This document shows, in pieces, positions 45,118-56,700 of a DNA stretch of 64,000 nt. How positions within the stretch are numbered: the stretch's first letter is position 1; each line of letters opens with the position of its first letter. The position numbers and the translations under genes are program-made. The notes beneath the pieces are model-generated. The model saw only the letters and a program-made list of their open reading frames with translations. It did not search any database and was not told the DNA's origin. Source of the stretch: Tubiluchus corallicola (lineage: Eukaryota > Animalia > Priapulida); NCBI GenBank assembly GCA_030141605.1, contig JAQGDQ010000132.1, forward strand, positions 379,797 through 443,796. The letters are read 5' to 3'.

Positions 45118-47664
45118 TTAAATTACGCGCCGTTGGCCCTGCAGCAAATATTACCGCCCGCCATTACACTCAATGCTATGACGTCACGTCAGGTAGAGCT
45201 TACTGAGAGATAGTACAGTAGACAACCGGCGGCTTCAGCAAGCAGAGTACTATGAACAGAGCGGCTATTGCTGAGTAATGATTTATCTACTAATAAAAAC
45301 GTTTCTTTCGATATTCTTTATCTATTTATAGCAAATAAATTTATAAGAACCAGTCTTTATTTTAAAAACTGCAAGGAACAGCACATTTATAGTAACAAGC
45401 ACAGTATACAGAGCAGTATGATGTTATTTATACTGTGCGTAGGCTGTATGAACAATAGGTGTGCCGAGTATTCCTGCGAATTAAATCATGCTGGTAGCCA
45501 CTATTTTGGGTTAGATGCACGGCAGTTAAGTTAATAATTAACTTTTCTAGCTAAATTTCATGAAAACTATATATAGTGCAAGTTAGCAGTAAGACATCCC
45601 AAGCCTACCAATTTCATGGAAACTCGATTCTAATGGTAACCTCCCTTTCTTCACTTTTTAAAATATCTCTATCCCTTTTTTTCATTTACTTTAACGTAAA
45701 AATCGCACAAAATGCGACCATAGTTGTGATAGAACATCTTTTCCCTTTCCTACAAATAGAATCGCCTATCTATCCTGCTAGACATGGCGAAAAATAAAGT
45801 CTGGACAGGTGCACGTAGAATAAAGGTACCCGACGGTACAAAACTTATATACATGTCGATCAGCAGTCAAACTGTAGACTATGAGAATGTTTTTGACTTG
45901 AAAATTTTCTTCTCTGAAACCTTATTTGTACAGTCGATAAAGCCCAGGTAACAAAATCTGTCTTTACTGCCTTAATGTCTATTTCTTTTCTCGTCGATCG
46001 TACCTAATAATGTACTGCTACTTTTACAATTTTATACGTTGGAAAACGTAAAAACGATCACTCTTTGTCAGAAGCATTGTCTGAACGGCACATCAGACAA
46101 AAGATAGCTTGGCAGACTTTAATGGCAATGAGACATTTATAAAGCCGAAATGATCAGAAAACAGAAAATAATCTGCAACAAGAAAGCAACCTAGCGCGAA
46201 ATACCAGTGATGCCACAATAAAACTTTTACAAGTTGTACCTCGTCACTACTATTTTTCATCTGTAAAATGTAAATGTAAAGTGTGACTGTGTGGACAAAT
46301 AATTTGAGCTTAACATTAAAAGATGCTTCAGCGAGTACCCCAGTTTCTCCATTACCGGCGTACCGCTTGGCTTTGTCATAAGTAAATACAGCGAGAGTCA
46401 CACGTGCGCAGTGTCGTTCCTTAGGGGACGTCACTTCCGCTTTCTTCCATTTTTTCGTTTTTCGCAAGATGTCACTAAAGGCGCTAAATTTGAAGTGTTT
46501 CAATGCTAACCAAACCGAAACGTGCAAGTTTATAAAGAAATAAACCCGTGTTTTGCATCACAGTAGTCAGTGGTGAATTTTGATATCGTCTATCAGTGGA
46601 CCTTTAAGAAGCAATTGCAATAAATGAAAATAGGCTACAATCACTACTAGCAGTGAAGTAACAATTGAACATTTTTATCTTGTGGAACAAAACTTGCTCA
46701 CATACGTCGCTTTTCTTTCTCTTTCCTCTCTCGTTCTCTCGTTCGCTTTGCTTTTTTCTCCTTTGTCTTTCCTCGTCTCTCTCTCTCCCTCATTTTCTCT
46801 CCCTTTTCGCTCCCCTCTTACTTTTTCTTTGAATTATTATCTTTGATTTGATAAAAACTTCATTTTTGTAAATATTTCCAGCGCATTTAACAATGTTCAT
46901 CAAACATCTTTTATGTCCAGATAGAGCGCTCGTGTGGCCTAAACACTCAAGTACAAAAATAGATCTCTATACCAAGTTTTCCTATAACAGTCACACTCTG
47001 CTTCCTGACTATGTCAATGTTACTTATTTTAAAAACGCATACATGCGATCGTTCCTGTACCTAAATACCATGAATATAAAACAATTCTTCAGAGAGTAAA
47101 CCTGTTAGAAAATAACGGTGGTGGTGTCAGTGATTTTTGCTGAAGCGTTGCTAATTTTCTAATCGAGGAATTTTCAAAAACATTGGGCAAAATCATTCTG
47201 CCGCTAATAATTAGAAAGTAAGGATGGAAGCGATCTAGCGCCAAAAATTGCCATCCATTTGACATAAATTTGGTCGCGACACTTAGGATATATAAATTCA
47301 AAAACATTTTCATTTACTTATAGAAAAAATAAATAGAAAACATTTGCATTGTCACAAACAGTATCAAGCAATTCAGAATTGTGATGTCAAAATAACACAA
47401 AATCATTGTCATTTCTTACATCAATAGTACATCAGTTCTGCTACATTCGGAATTCGCTTAAACCTTTTTCATTGTCTCTCAGACTACTTGCCTGTTATTG
47501 TCTGCATTGCCTGCCTTCTCGGGTGTGGTAGAGATTGGACGACTAGCCTAGTCTCTTATAGAAGTGGAGTTAATGAAATCTTTTCGTGGTTATTGACGTC
47601 CACGTGGACTGCTGGTGATGACGACGTTGCAAAATTTCCTACACTGAAGGCAAAGTTCATCAGG

Positions 47665-50091
47665 ATGTACCAAGATAAAGGTGCACGATCTCACCACGAA
47701 GCTTCGACAATCCAGCAGCCTACTACTCCACGTCCACGTCCACGTCCAAGTCCAAATGTGAGGTGTTTTGAGTTGGAAAACTTCATTGGCAGTGGAACGC
47801 GTACATACTCATTTTCCGAAACTACAAATTACACAATTACTGAGTTACACGATGAAGCGGCGGCTGCACAGTTAATTAATACTAATCAAGTGAAAGATTC
47901 TGGAGCATCTACTACGTCACAGAAAATTGTTATTAAGGCAGCTGGTGGTAAGGACTCTACGTATCCCGCTCCAATATATGTAAGTAAGACAAGGAAAATA
48001 ATTACAGAATTCATTGGATCTGGATCTGCTGAAGGTACGTGCACTGGTGATACTCGAAGTGTTGTTATCGAGAGCCCTGCCGTTAAGTTAAGCCCTGTTG
48101 GTGAAGGAGTTTATGCTGGTGAATCATCTGCTGCTATTTCGGAATCGCTTGGTGCTGCGAAAGTTCCTGCGCAACTGCCTGAAACACGCCAATTTGAAAC
48201 TTGTTCTCCTAAAGTTCTATCTGACAACGAAATACCTGCAAATAAAACAAGAACTGTGATAACAGACAGTGATTATGGGGACATGCTAGGCCTGCACAAA
48301 GCCACAGATGACAACAAACAAAGTTTGGCATCACCAAAAGGTAAAATCGTGCCAGATAAAGCAATTAAAGCTGAGACAGCAAAAGAAACGGGGGACAAAC
48401 AAAAAGTACCAATCCAAGTTGATAAAACCGAGCTTGATGAAGTAAATAAAACCGAAATAGCGAAAGAAAAGGAAAAACGCACAAAGGAAAAGAAACACGA
48501 CCCAGAATGTGATAAAGGCAAAGCTAGGAAGGATAAGGGAAAGCATGAAATAGTAACTAATGAACCCGATACAAAAAGCAACAAAATCGAACCTGAAAAA
48601 AGAAACCCTGAAATTAGAATTGATAATATACCTGAGACAAGGGACGACAATACGATGAACGAAAATGAAACAAAAAAAATTAACACGAAAAGTGAAATAA
48701 AACCTGCCGAGGTAGCCAGCAAAAATCAAACGAAAAGGCATTTTGGTGGGGACAAACCACACGAAGGAGCAGCCGAAACTAAGGATCCGGATTCTAAAAA
48801 AACTGACAAAGCAGCTACTGCGGAAAAACTCGATAAAACCAAACGTAAAGACAGCGGTAGTAAAACAAGTGATCATAGTGATGGTAGACCTGCTAGTGCT
48901 AAACCAGAACCTAAGGAGAAAAGTGACAGTAGACCTGCTAGTGCTAAACCAGAACCTAAGGAGAAAAGTGACAGTAGACCTGCTAGTGCTAAACCAGAAC
49001 CTAAGGAGAAAGGTGACAGTAAACCTGATAGTGCTAAACCAGAACCTAAGGAGAAAAGTGACAGTAGACCTGCTAGTGCTAAGCCAGAACCTAAGGAGAA
49101 AAGTGGCAGTAGACCTGCTAGTGCTAAGCCAGAACCTAAGGAGAAAAGTGGCAGTAGACCTGCTAGTGCTAAGCCAGAACGTAAGGAGAAAAGTGGCAGT
49201 AGACCTGCTAGTGCTAAACCAGAACCTAAGGAGAAAAGTGACAGTAGACCTGCTGGTGCTAAACCAGAACCTAAGGAGAAAAGTGACAGTAGACCTGCTA
49301 GTGCTAAACCAGAACCTAAGGAGAAAAGTGACAGTAGACCTGCTAGTGCTAAGCCAGAACCTAAGGCGAAAAGTGGCAGTAGATCTGCTAGTGCTAAGCC
49401 AGAACCTAAGGAGAAAAGTGGCAGTAGACCTGCTAGTGCTAAGCCAGAAGAACCTAAGGAGAAAAGTGACAGTAGACCTGCTGGTGCTAAACCAGAACCT
49501 AAGGAGAAAAGTGACAGCAGACCTGCTAGTGCTAAACCAGAACCTAAGGAGAAAAGTGACAGTAGACCTGCTAGTGCTAAGCCAGAACCTAAGGAGAAAA
49601 GTGGCAGTAGACCTGCTAGTGCTAAGCCAGAACCCAAGGAGAAAAGTGACAGTAGACCTGTTAGTGCTAAACCAGAACCTAAGGAGAAAAGTGACAGTAG
49701 ACCTGCTAGTGCTAAGCCAGAACGTAAGGAGAAAAGTGGCAGTAGACCTGCTAGTGCTAAGCCAGAACATAAGGAGAAAAGTGGCAGTAAACCTGCTAGT
49801 GCTAAGTCAGAACATAAGGAGAAAAGTGGCAGTAAACCTGCTAGTGCTAAGCCAGAACATAAGGAGAAAAGTGGCAGTAAACCTGCTAGTGCTAAGCCAG
49901 AACGTAAGGAGAAAAGTGGCAGTAGACCTGCTAGTGCTAAGCCAGAACGTAAGGAGAAAAGTGGCAGTAAACCTGCTAGTGCTAAGCCAGAACGTAAGGA
50001 GAAAAGTGGCAGTAGACCTGCTAGTGCTAAGCCAGAACATAAGGAGAAGAAGAGCTCAACTGGAAAATCTCGTCCTAAACCAAAATCGTAG
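47665..50091 (+). CDS. Gene 4: uncharacterised ~808-aa protein with an unnamed domain shared with the gene 2 insert, a charged IDR and 26 x 15-aa SRPASAKPEPKEKS(D/G) repeats
   Basis: Open frame 47488-50091. First ATG is 47665 (aggATG). A strong acceptor at 47482/47483 may start the exon in the UTR or join an unseen upstream exon. Clear protein-level homology to 21990-22430. AATAAA at 50284. Confidence 0.85.
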   Translation: MYQDKGARSHHEASTIQQPTTPRPRPRPSPNVRCFELENFIGSGTRTYSFSETTNYTITELHDEAAAAQLINTNQVKDSGASTTSQKIVIKAAGGKDSTYPAPIYVSKTRKIITEFIGSGSAEGTCTGDTRSVVIESPAVKLSPVGEGVYAGESSAAISESLGAAKVPAQLPETRQFETCSPKVLSDNEIPANKTRTVITDSDYGDMLGLHKATDDNKQSLASPKGKIVPDKAIKAETAKETGDKQKVPIQVDKTELDEVNKTEIAKEKEKRTKEKKHDPECDKGKARKDKGKHEIVTNEPDTKSNKIEPEKRNPEIRIDNIPETRDDNTMNENETKKINTKSEIKPAEVASKNQTKRHFGGDKPHEGAAETKDPDSKKTDKAATAEKLDKTKRKDSGSKTSDHSDGRPASAKPEPKEKSDSRPASAKPEPKEKSDSRPASAKPEPKEKGDSKPDSAKPEPKEKSDSRPASAKPEPKEKSGSRPASAKPEPKEKSGSRPASAKPERKEKSGSRPASAKPEPKEKSDSRPAGAKPEPKEKSDSRPASAKPEPKEKSDSRPASAKPEPKAKSGSRSASAKPEPKEKSGSRPASAKPEEPKEKSDSRPAGAKPEPKEKSDSRPASAKPEPKEKSDSRPASAKPEPKEKSGSRPASAKPEPKEKSDSRPVSAKPEPKEKSDSRPASAKPERKEKSGSRPASAKPEHKEKSGSKPASAKSEHKEKSGSKPASAKPEHKEKSGSKPASAKPERKEKSGSRPASAKPERKEKSGSKPASAKPERKEKSGSRPASAKPEHKEKKSSTGKSRPKPKS
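48883..50052 (+). repeat. Coding minisatellite, 26 x 45 bp
   Basis: Period 45 (AGACCTGCT at 48886, 48931, ...); one copy has an in-frame extra GAA codon at ~49447. Confidence 0.97.
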
Positions 50092-51715
50092 GCGTTTTGC
50101 ATGTACTTCACATACGAGGACATTGCACGTGATTATCTATCTCATATGTCGGATGCGATTTTTTATGATAATTCGGCTCCACAATTTTCATATTTCAAGT
50201 ACCCTTTACGATATACGCAGATGTAAGAAACAACTTTATCGAGTAAAAACAATTATTGGAAAGTTGCCTCATTGACAAAATGCAATAAAACACGAAAAGA
50301 TATTAAAACATAAATTAGTATTTTCTTTTCGTATACGTGTCTCTTTGAAAAGTAGATCCTAAAAGGAAACAGGACTTTAAGCTAAAACAGGATTTTAAAC
50401 AATAATCTACCGTATAAAACATTGAAAGGGGACATAATTGTTTTTTTTAAGAATGACTTATACAAAAGAATTATTTTTCGCTTTCCGCTAATCTACTTAG
50501 ACTGGGTCTAGCGCCTGCACATCGAAAACGCGTTGCACAAAAAATAGGCACTGTACTTGATCATAAGAGCACAGTTCAGTGTGACAGTGCACACGCTCAA
50601 GAACTCATGCGTTGGCACAGCTGCAAACTTGAAATTTAAATTTTTGAAGCTAAATTTATGAAGTTTTTGGGTAGTCAATTTTAGCCAGTAGCATTGTATG
50701 TCAATTTTCGCTTTCGCTACCACGTGTAACATACTCGTGGAATGTTTCTGTCGCTTGAAAATTATGTTCAGTTCCGACACCGTCTCTAGGGATTCGTCCA
50801 CCATTAAGTGACCTTATAAACTATCTTAACTTTCTAATTTTATCATCAGAAGCGACTTTCCGCAAGCAATAACTGCTTAAATGAATTCAAACTTCTGTAG
50901 ATTACCTAATGTTCATATAAAAATATCACAAAATTAGCAATCTAACTTTTTGTAAGAGCTTACTGTACTGTTGACGGAAATTGATAATGCGCTGCTTTTC
51001 TTCAGCCGATGATGAACGATAAAAAATAGGCGCTCAAAATAACAGCTGAAATGATCATGACTTTAAAATGATTTTAATAATCAAACCGGTCGCTTATCAC
51101 ACTGTCATTACTAAGTCCTTCTAACATTTTTCACGAAAACTGAAATAAGCCAAACTTCCCAGAAGACTTGGTCTTTCCTTTAATACAAGCTTGTTGAATA
51201 GTATTTCATGTATATTGATTTGTTTAATTTTTGTAAAATTCATCTTTTAAATAACTTTGGGCTTACCAGAAAACAAAACTATGTGCATAGCATCACTGAC
51301 ACGTTTTCACTTCTCGGTTCCACGGTCTTAATCTGTGAAAAAATAAACAACTAGTAGCACGGCTGGGAGACCAAGTCGATTCATATGACACAACATGATC
51401 TATATATTATATATACACGATGTCAAAAAACAGGAGAAAATGGCCAAACAAGGGAATAGATGTATAAATATAGTGGCATTTAGGAAGAATTAACGGTAAA
51501 AGTTTCGTATAAGCATTACGAAATTCATAAAATTTCTCTCTCACTCTTTCTTTCTTTCTTTCTCGCTGTCTTTCTCTCTCCCCCAATGGCAATTTTCTTG
51601 ATCCACATTTGCGTATCGACCTCATGGCAGCCTGCAGTAAAATCAGTTACCACTTCCAGGAAGCAGAAGCAAGACGTATCGTGTAAAAGGATTCCTTCTT
51701 GCATCCAGTGCTTAA

Positions 51716-52280
51716 AGGACAAGAAAAGGGATACCTGAAATAGGTTTGAGAAAAATCGCCTTAAAAATTATAATACCTTGCAGCAATTTTATGCATATAT
51801 TTATACTCACGTTAAAATGATTTTTTGTTTGTTTTCTTTTTAAATCTGCCACGATATTGTTCCGAAGTCGCTATTACATGACGTCACTACGCAAACGTAA
51901 ATCAGGGGAAGAAAAGGAAATGTTAAATTATGTCCCCAAAAACTTTTCATGCAAATCTGCATTACTTGGCATTTCGCTTACCTGCTTGAAAGACTTAAGT
52001 AACTAGAAGTAATAATTGAAAATTTTCATGCCAGTAGGTAAAATGTCGCTGGCTGACCCTCCAGGGTGCACCACTCACTAACCAAAACTGAAAAATTTAT
52101 CTTATTGACAAGATACAGTAATTTAAAATTTGACTTAATTAGTGACATGTGTGCTATTTTTATACTCTGTGGTTGAGCCAATGTAAACCAATTCATTTTC
52201 GTGGTTTCTAGGCATTTTGAGCCAAACAATGGTCGGAAAATTAATGAAAAAATAAGCAGTATTTCAACTGTTTCCCACCT
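51716..52280. mobile_element. Kolobok-type (TTAA) element with imperfect TIRs
   Basis: TTAA|AGGACAAGAAAAGG ... CTGTTTCCCACCT|TTAA; the first ~90 bp resemble the reverse complement of the 31.4 kb end. Confidence 0.45.
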
Positions 52281-53736
52281 TTAAGGATACAAAATTTAGG
52301 TATAACTCAAAAGCAGCACTTTCTTTCTCTGCTCATTTAACCACTTTCAAATCATCCATGTAGGTCCTTTAATCTCTCGTCAATAACATAAGTAATATCA
52401 TTCCCGTTTGTGATCAATCCCTTTTTTGTGAGTCAGACAACAATATGACTAGCTGTCAACTACATCACATATTTCATCATATTCACAAAAACAAAATCAT
52501 TTTCATTTAAAAACTCATCCATTTCTTTCTTTGAATTCACAATCTATCTGCTTTTCTTGTCATTTTCAGGGGTATATCAAAAAAATTATAACGCCCTAGG
52601 CTGACAGTCCCATCCTGCGCACCTATATTGTTATATATGAAGCCCAAGAAACAATTATTGTATTATATTAGTAATACTACTACTTAAATACTCTTGTTGT
52701 TTTTGTTAATTTCATTTATTTGTACTGGCTTATAGCCAAGGATGTTGCATAACTGCTTGTGGTGTAAGACGTTTTATATAAGAATGATTGTATATCTTTG
52801 TTATAAACGTTATAATGGCGCTTATTATAAAAGCAACTATCTGTGATGTGTTATAAAATACACGTTTTGTGTGAACACGAAAGGATACACATTTTCTGAG
52901 TATAGAGGAGAATAGAAATTTTTTACACTGAGTCATTATTTGGCACCCTAGTCTACAGCCGGGTTAGTCATTGATAAATACGCCCTGATCTTTTTCACCA
53001 CAAGTTCACTTATTGGTTCACTCATTCGTAATTAATCGTATTACTAGTAGCGCATAGGTAGGTCTCAGTTGCGTTGACCTTTTATTCCAAAATAAAAATA
53101 AAAGACAGGCCCTAACAACATCGCTGTCCAGACTCAAAGATGGTTGCCTCGTTTATGGCCCCAAAATGAAAGTCAAAAATAGGACCTAACTATATCGCTG
53201 TCAGCGCCTCTTACCCTATCCCGGGTGTCTACCGTCCATGTTTTGTTATGTTAACTTTTTAACTTATTCAAAGTCCTGCTAGAGAAAAATTAAATGAAAT
53301 GGGAAACAAGAAAATAAAAAAAAGATTTTTAAAACGGCGTGGCTAAGTTACGTAACAGTGGACAAAACGTACATGTATCTGCTGAGTCTTGCACAACACG
53401 TCATTGCATTATCTTAATTACTGTATTGTTCAAAATGTTCAAATTCTGTCATTTATTAACATTAACAACGTTAGTGGACATAAGAAATACTCAATCTATT
53501 TTGCTTTGTAACTATTAGTTATACTCTTGCTATACTTCTACGTTGGTTTAAGCCTAGCGGCACTCAGCTGCTCTAATAAATAATGACGTAATTGATGATG
53601 AAATGTGACAACATCGCTTCGCAGTACTGTAACACCAGAAGTGGCAGAGTGGAGGGACCCCAGTTATCAAAAACAATGCTCAAATTTTTTGTAATGTATC
53701 GATTGTTATAAATAAGCTTTACATTTCTTCGCAAAG

Positions 53737-56700
53737 ATGATAAAAAGCTGCTTAAACGACTCTCAGAGTGAAGAGGAATGTTCTGAGACGGAAACAGAGC
53801 GAAGTAACCCAAAAATTGCTATTACCATATGCAACCCTAAAACGCTGAAAGAACAGGTATGTCACATTCACAAACACGAGGTAGATGTATCGGTAGTAGC
53901 AGACAACCGTAGCGTTCAAAAGCTATTGAAAGGCTTCAGAAAAATCAAAACTGTCCCTGCTTCTAGGTTTATCAACCCGTTTCCTCCTCTGGCCTATGTT
54001 ATTTAAAAACGGATAAACTTCCCACAGTCAGTGAGTTGTGTATGTGCTACCCAATATATAATGTAAGTGTAATATAACATATAATATATATATGTGTAAT
54101 ACATATAAAACGAAGTTCCTGTTTCCAGGAAATATCTTTTCCAAACTTTGTTTTTCTCTAAAATGGTACCTCTTATTTTCTAATCAATCTTTTTCAAGCA
54201 TTGAAATTCAACAATAGGAGAAATGTTACACAATTTTTAATTTTCTCTGATTTAAATTCACCGATGTACAGAAGAACTGAATATCTAAACATACCTCAGG
54301 GCAGAAAATCAAAGAACTGACTATCTAAACAAATAACAGTCAGAGAATTAACTAAGTAAGTTTATCACTTGTTTTTATTTTCAAAACTTTATAACGTCCA
54401 AAGGTAATGCGCAAACAAAATTCAGTACAATAAGGATGACTTTATTAAGTTTCGTCGCTGAGACTGGTGCAGTAGACCTCCTTAAATTTGTTTTTTGTTT
54501 GTGTAGAACAAGGTGAAAATGCAATTGCAAAATTTCTGAAACGAAAAGGTGGTAATGTAATTCTCTTGGTTCTGATTCAGACCCAGTCTCAACTCTTCTC
54601 TTTCTCATTTCATTTCTTTTTTGGCTGAGGTTGGTTTCGCAAATGGTATAATTGTCGATTTATTCCATCACTAACACTATCAAAATTCTAAATAACTTTA
54701 TATCATTATTGTTGTTTCTTACACTCCTAACTAAATAATACGAGTTAAGTTTTTTTAAATTTGTGTAGATCAATTGCCATCTGCAAGGCCACTTTACCCC
54801 TCAACCACTTCATACAGGTAACGACCCTGGCGATGTTCGACATGTCAGTTTTTCAGAAAGCAAGTTTCATTACTTGTGCACTAAAGACCTAAAAGACATA
54901 CTCCCAACAGCGGAGAGTCAAACCGATCTGGACGTGGCACGTAAATATTGGCTAGGCGAAGCCGATGAGCTGCTAAAGTATGGAGAAGGTTGGTGGTTTA
55001 AAACTGTTGCAATTTTTTCTTTTTCTTTTTACAAAATCTGATATAGAAATGAGGCGTAAATCCGCTTGATTAGTGGATCTGTCGTGCTGAACTAACTGAT
55101 CACTTTAATTCAGTGCTTTACCTACAGTATACACGCAAAATAGTGGTTGGCGAATTAACTTTTTTGGTGTAATAGCCTAATTGTGCAGACTGCAACTTTG
55201 CATACCTACTGTAAGGAAAGTCAATTATTAAAGTCATCGATTAAGGTAAACAAGGCTTCAATGTGACGCTCTTATTCGACACACATAGATGTACTGAAAG
55301 TTGATGAATGCCTTGTTCCGGTACTGCGTAAGTTGGGATGAATTTCTGGGTAAGAAAATTTCTGTTGAACTAGGTCTCATTAACTTGACAAGTGGTTATG
55401 AGTAGTATTTCAATCATTTGGGATGATACTTATTAATTTATTATTTATTTTCTTTATTTTAGATTTTAATCAATGCATAAAGTACTATATAAAAACAAAT
55501 GAGTGATGCAGATTATAAAACTGTATACACAAAATAAAAAAAACTGTACAAGAGAAGCACAAGTTAGTTTAGATAATAAAGGAAGAAGTTAGTAATGAGT
55601 TCCAATATTATATGTACAATGATGTATATCGAATATCTGTATCAGTTTTCTATGTGCTGGTTTGCATTGGAAGATATGTTCGGCTGTCATTTTTTGTTAT
55701 TCATGCGATGCGGTACATCGGGCCGTGTCTGGCACGGTGGTAGACCGAAACCCCGCCACCGAAAGCGGCCGAAACCCGGAATCGTGTGATTTCGATACGT
55801 GTTGTATAAGCAGCATTATGTGTGTTGACTGGACAAGTTTATAGTTCTTTTGATGCAAATATGAGCAACACTACAGAATGTTTTTCAAGTATGTTACCGA
55901 ATATTTATTTTTTTATTTAGAGTTTATTTCAGCACATAAAAAATGCTATATAAAAGTTAAAATTTGCACAAAGACTAAGAAATACTACATGTCATGCACT
56001 ACTAAAAAGCCACTAAAATTTACAAAAAAGGTATAGTACAAATATACACATAATTTAAAAATACAAAGGAAAAATACGAAGTTAAAAAAACAGCAGTTAT
56101 TACATCAGTAAATCATGCCTTCTAAATATTCTACTATAAAATCATGCATCAGCTTGATGGCAAACCAGGCGACTACACTACTTGTTGACTATTTCTATTG
56201 CATTTCTAGCTCCTATTGTATATCCTAACATTGAAGACCCACCAATGTTCTTCTACGATGGAGAAAAACCAGATTCGTTGATCATCGTCGACAGTGTCCT
56301 ATTCCAAGTTCATAAATCAGTTTTATATCGTAACAGTCGTTACTTTGATGAATTGTTCAGGGACAGTACCTTAAGAGAAAATATGTCAGAACTGGCTTTT
56401 GATGACGTCACGCCAAAAGCCTTTCGAGCTCTACTGATGTACTATTACGACGTAAGATTGAAATTGACCAAAGACAATGTGTGCGAGCTACGCTACGCAG
56501 CGTCTAAATTTGGCAATAGAGAACTTGTAGAATATTGTGATCTATTTCTCAAACAGTCATTTAACGAAAATTCTATTTTGAAGTCGTACGAGAAAGCGCG
56601 CATGGCAGGGTTGACAGAGCTCTGTGTCAAGACACGCCGTTTCATCAGAAAGGAGTTTACGACCATATCCAACAGTATTGACTTCCTTTTACTTTCACAG

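Noticed and set aside
45825-46605. CRE/ETS-like GACGTCACTTCC at ~46427 as the promoter of gene 4
   Set aside because: It lies within a stretch bounded by AAAGGT...ACCTTTAA that may be another TTAA-type element, so promoter and transposon interior cannot be told apart.
47488-47664. Hydrophobic, signal-peptide-like N-terminus of ORF 47488
   Set aside because: It begins at TTG just after a splice acceptor, with no ATG until 47665, so there is no support for secretion.
48273-50275. Long overlapping ORFs in other frames and on the - strand (510, 479 and 416 aa)
   Set aside because: A 45-bp unit lacking stops in those frames gives shadow ORFs. Only the 47488 frame continues into the conserved domain.
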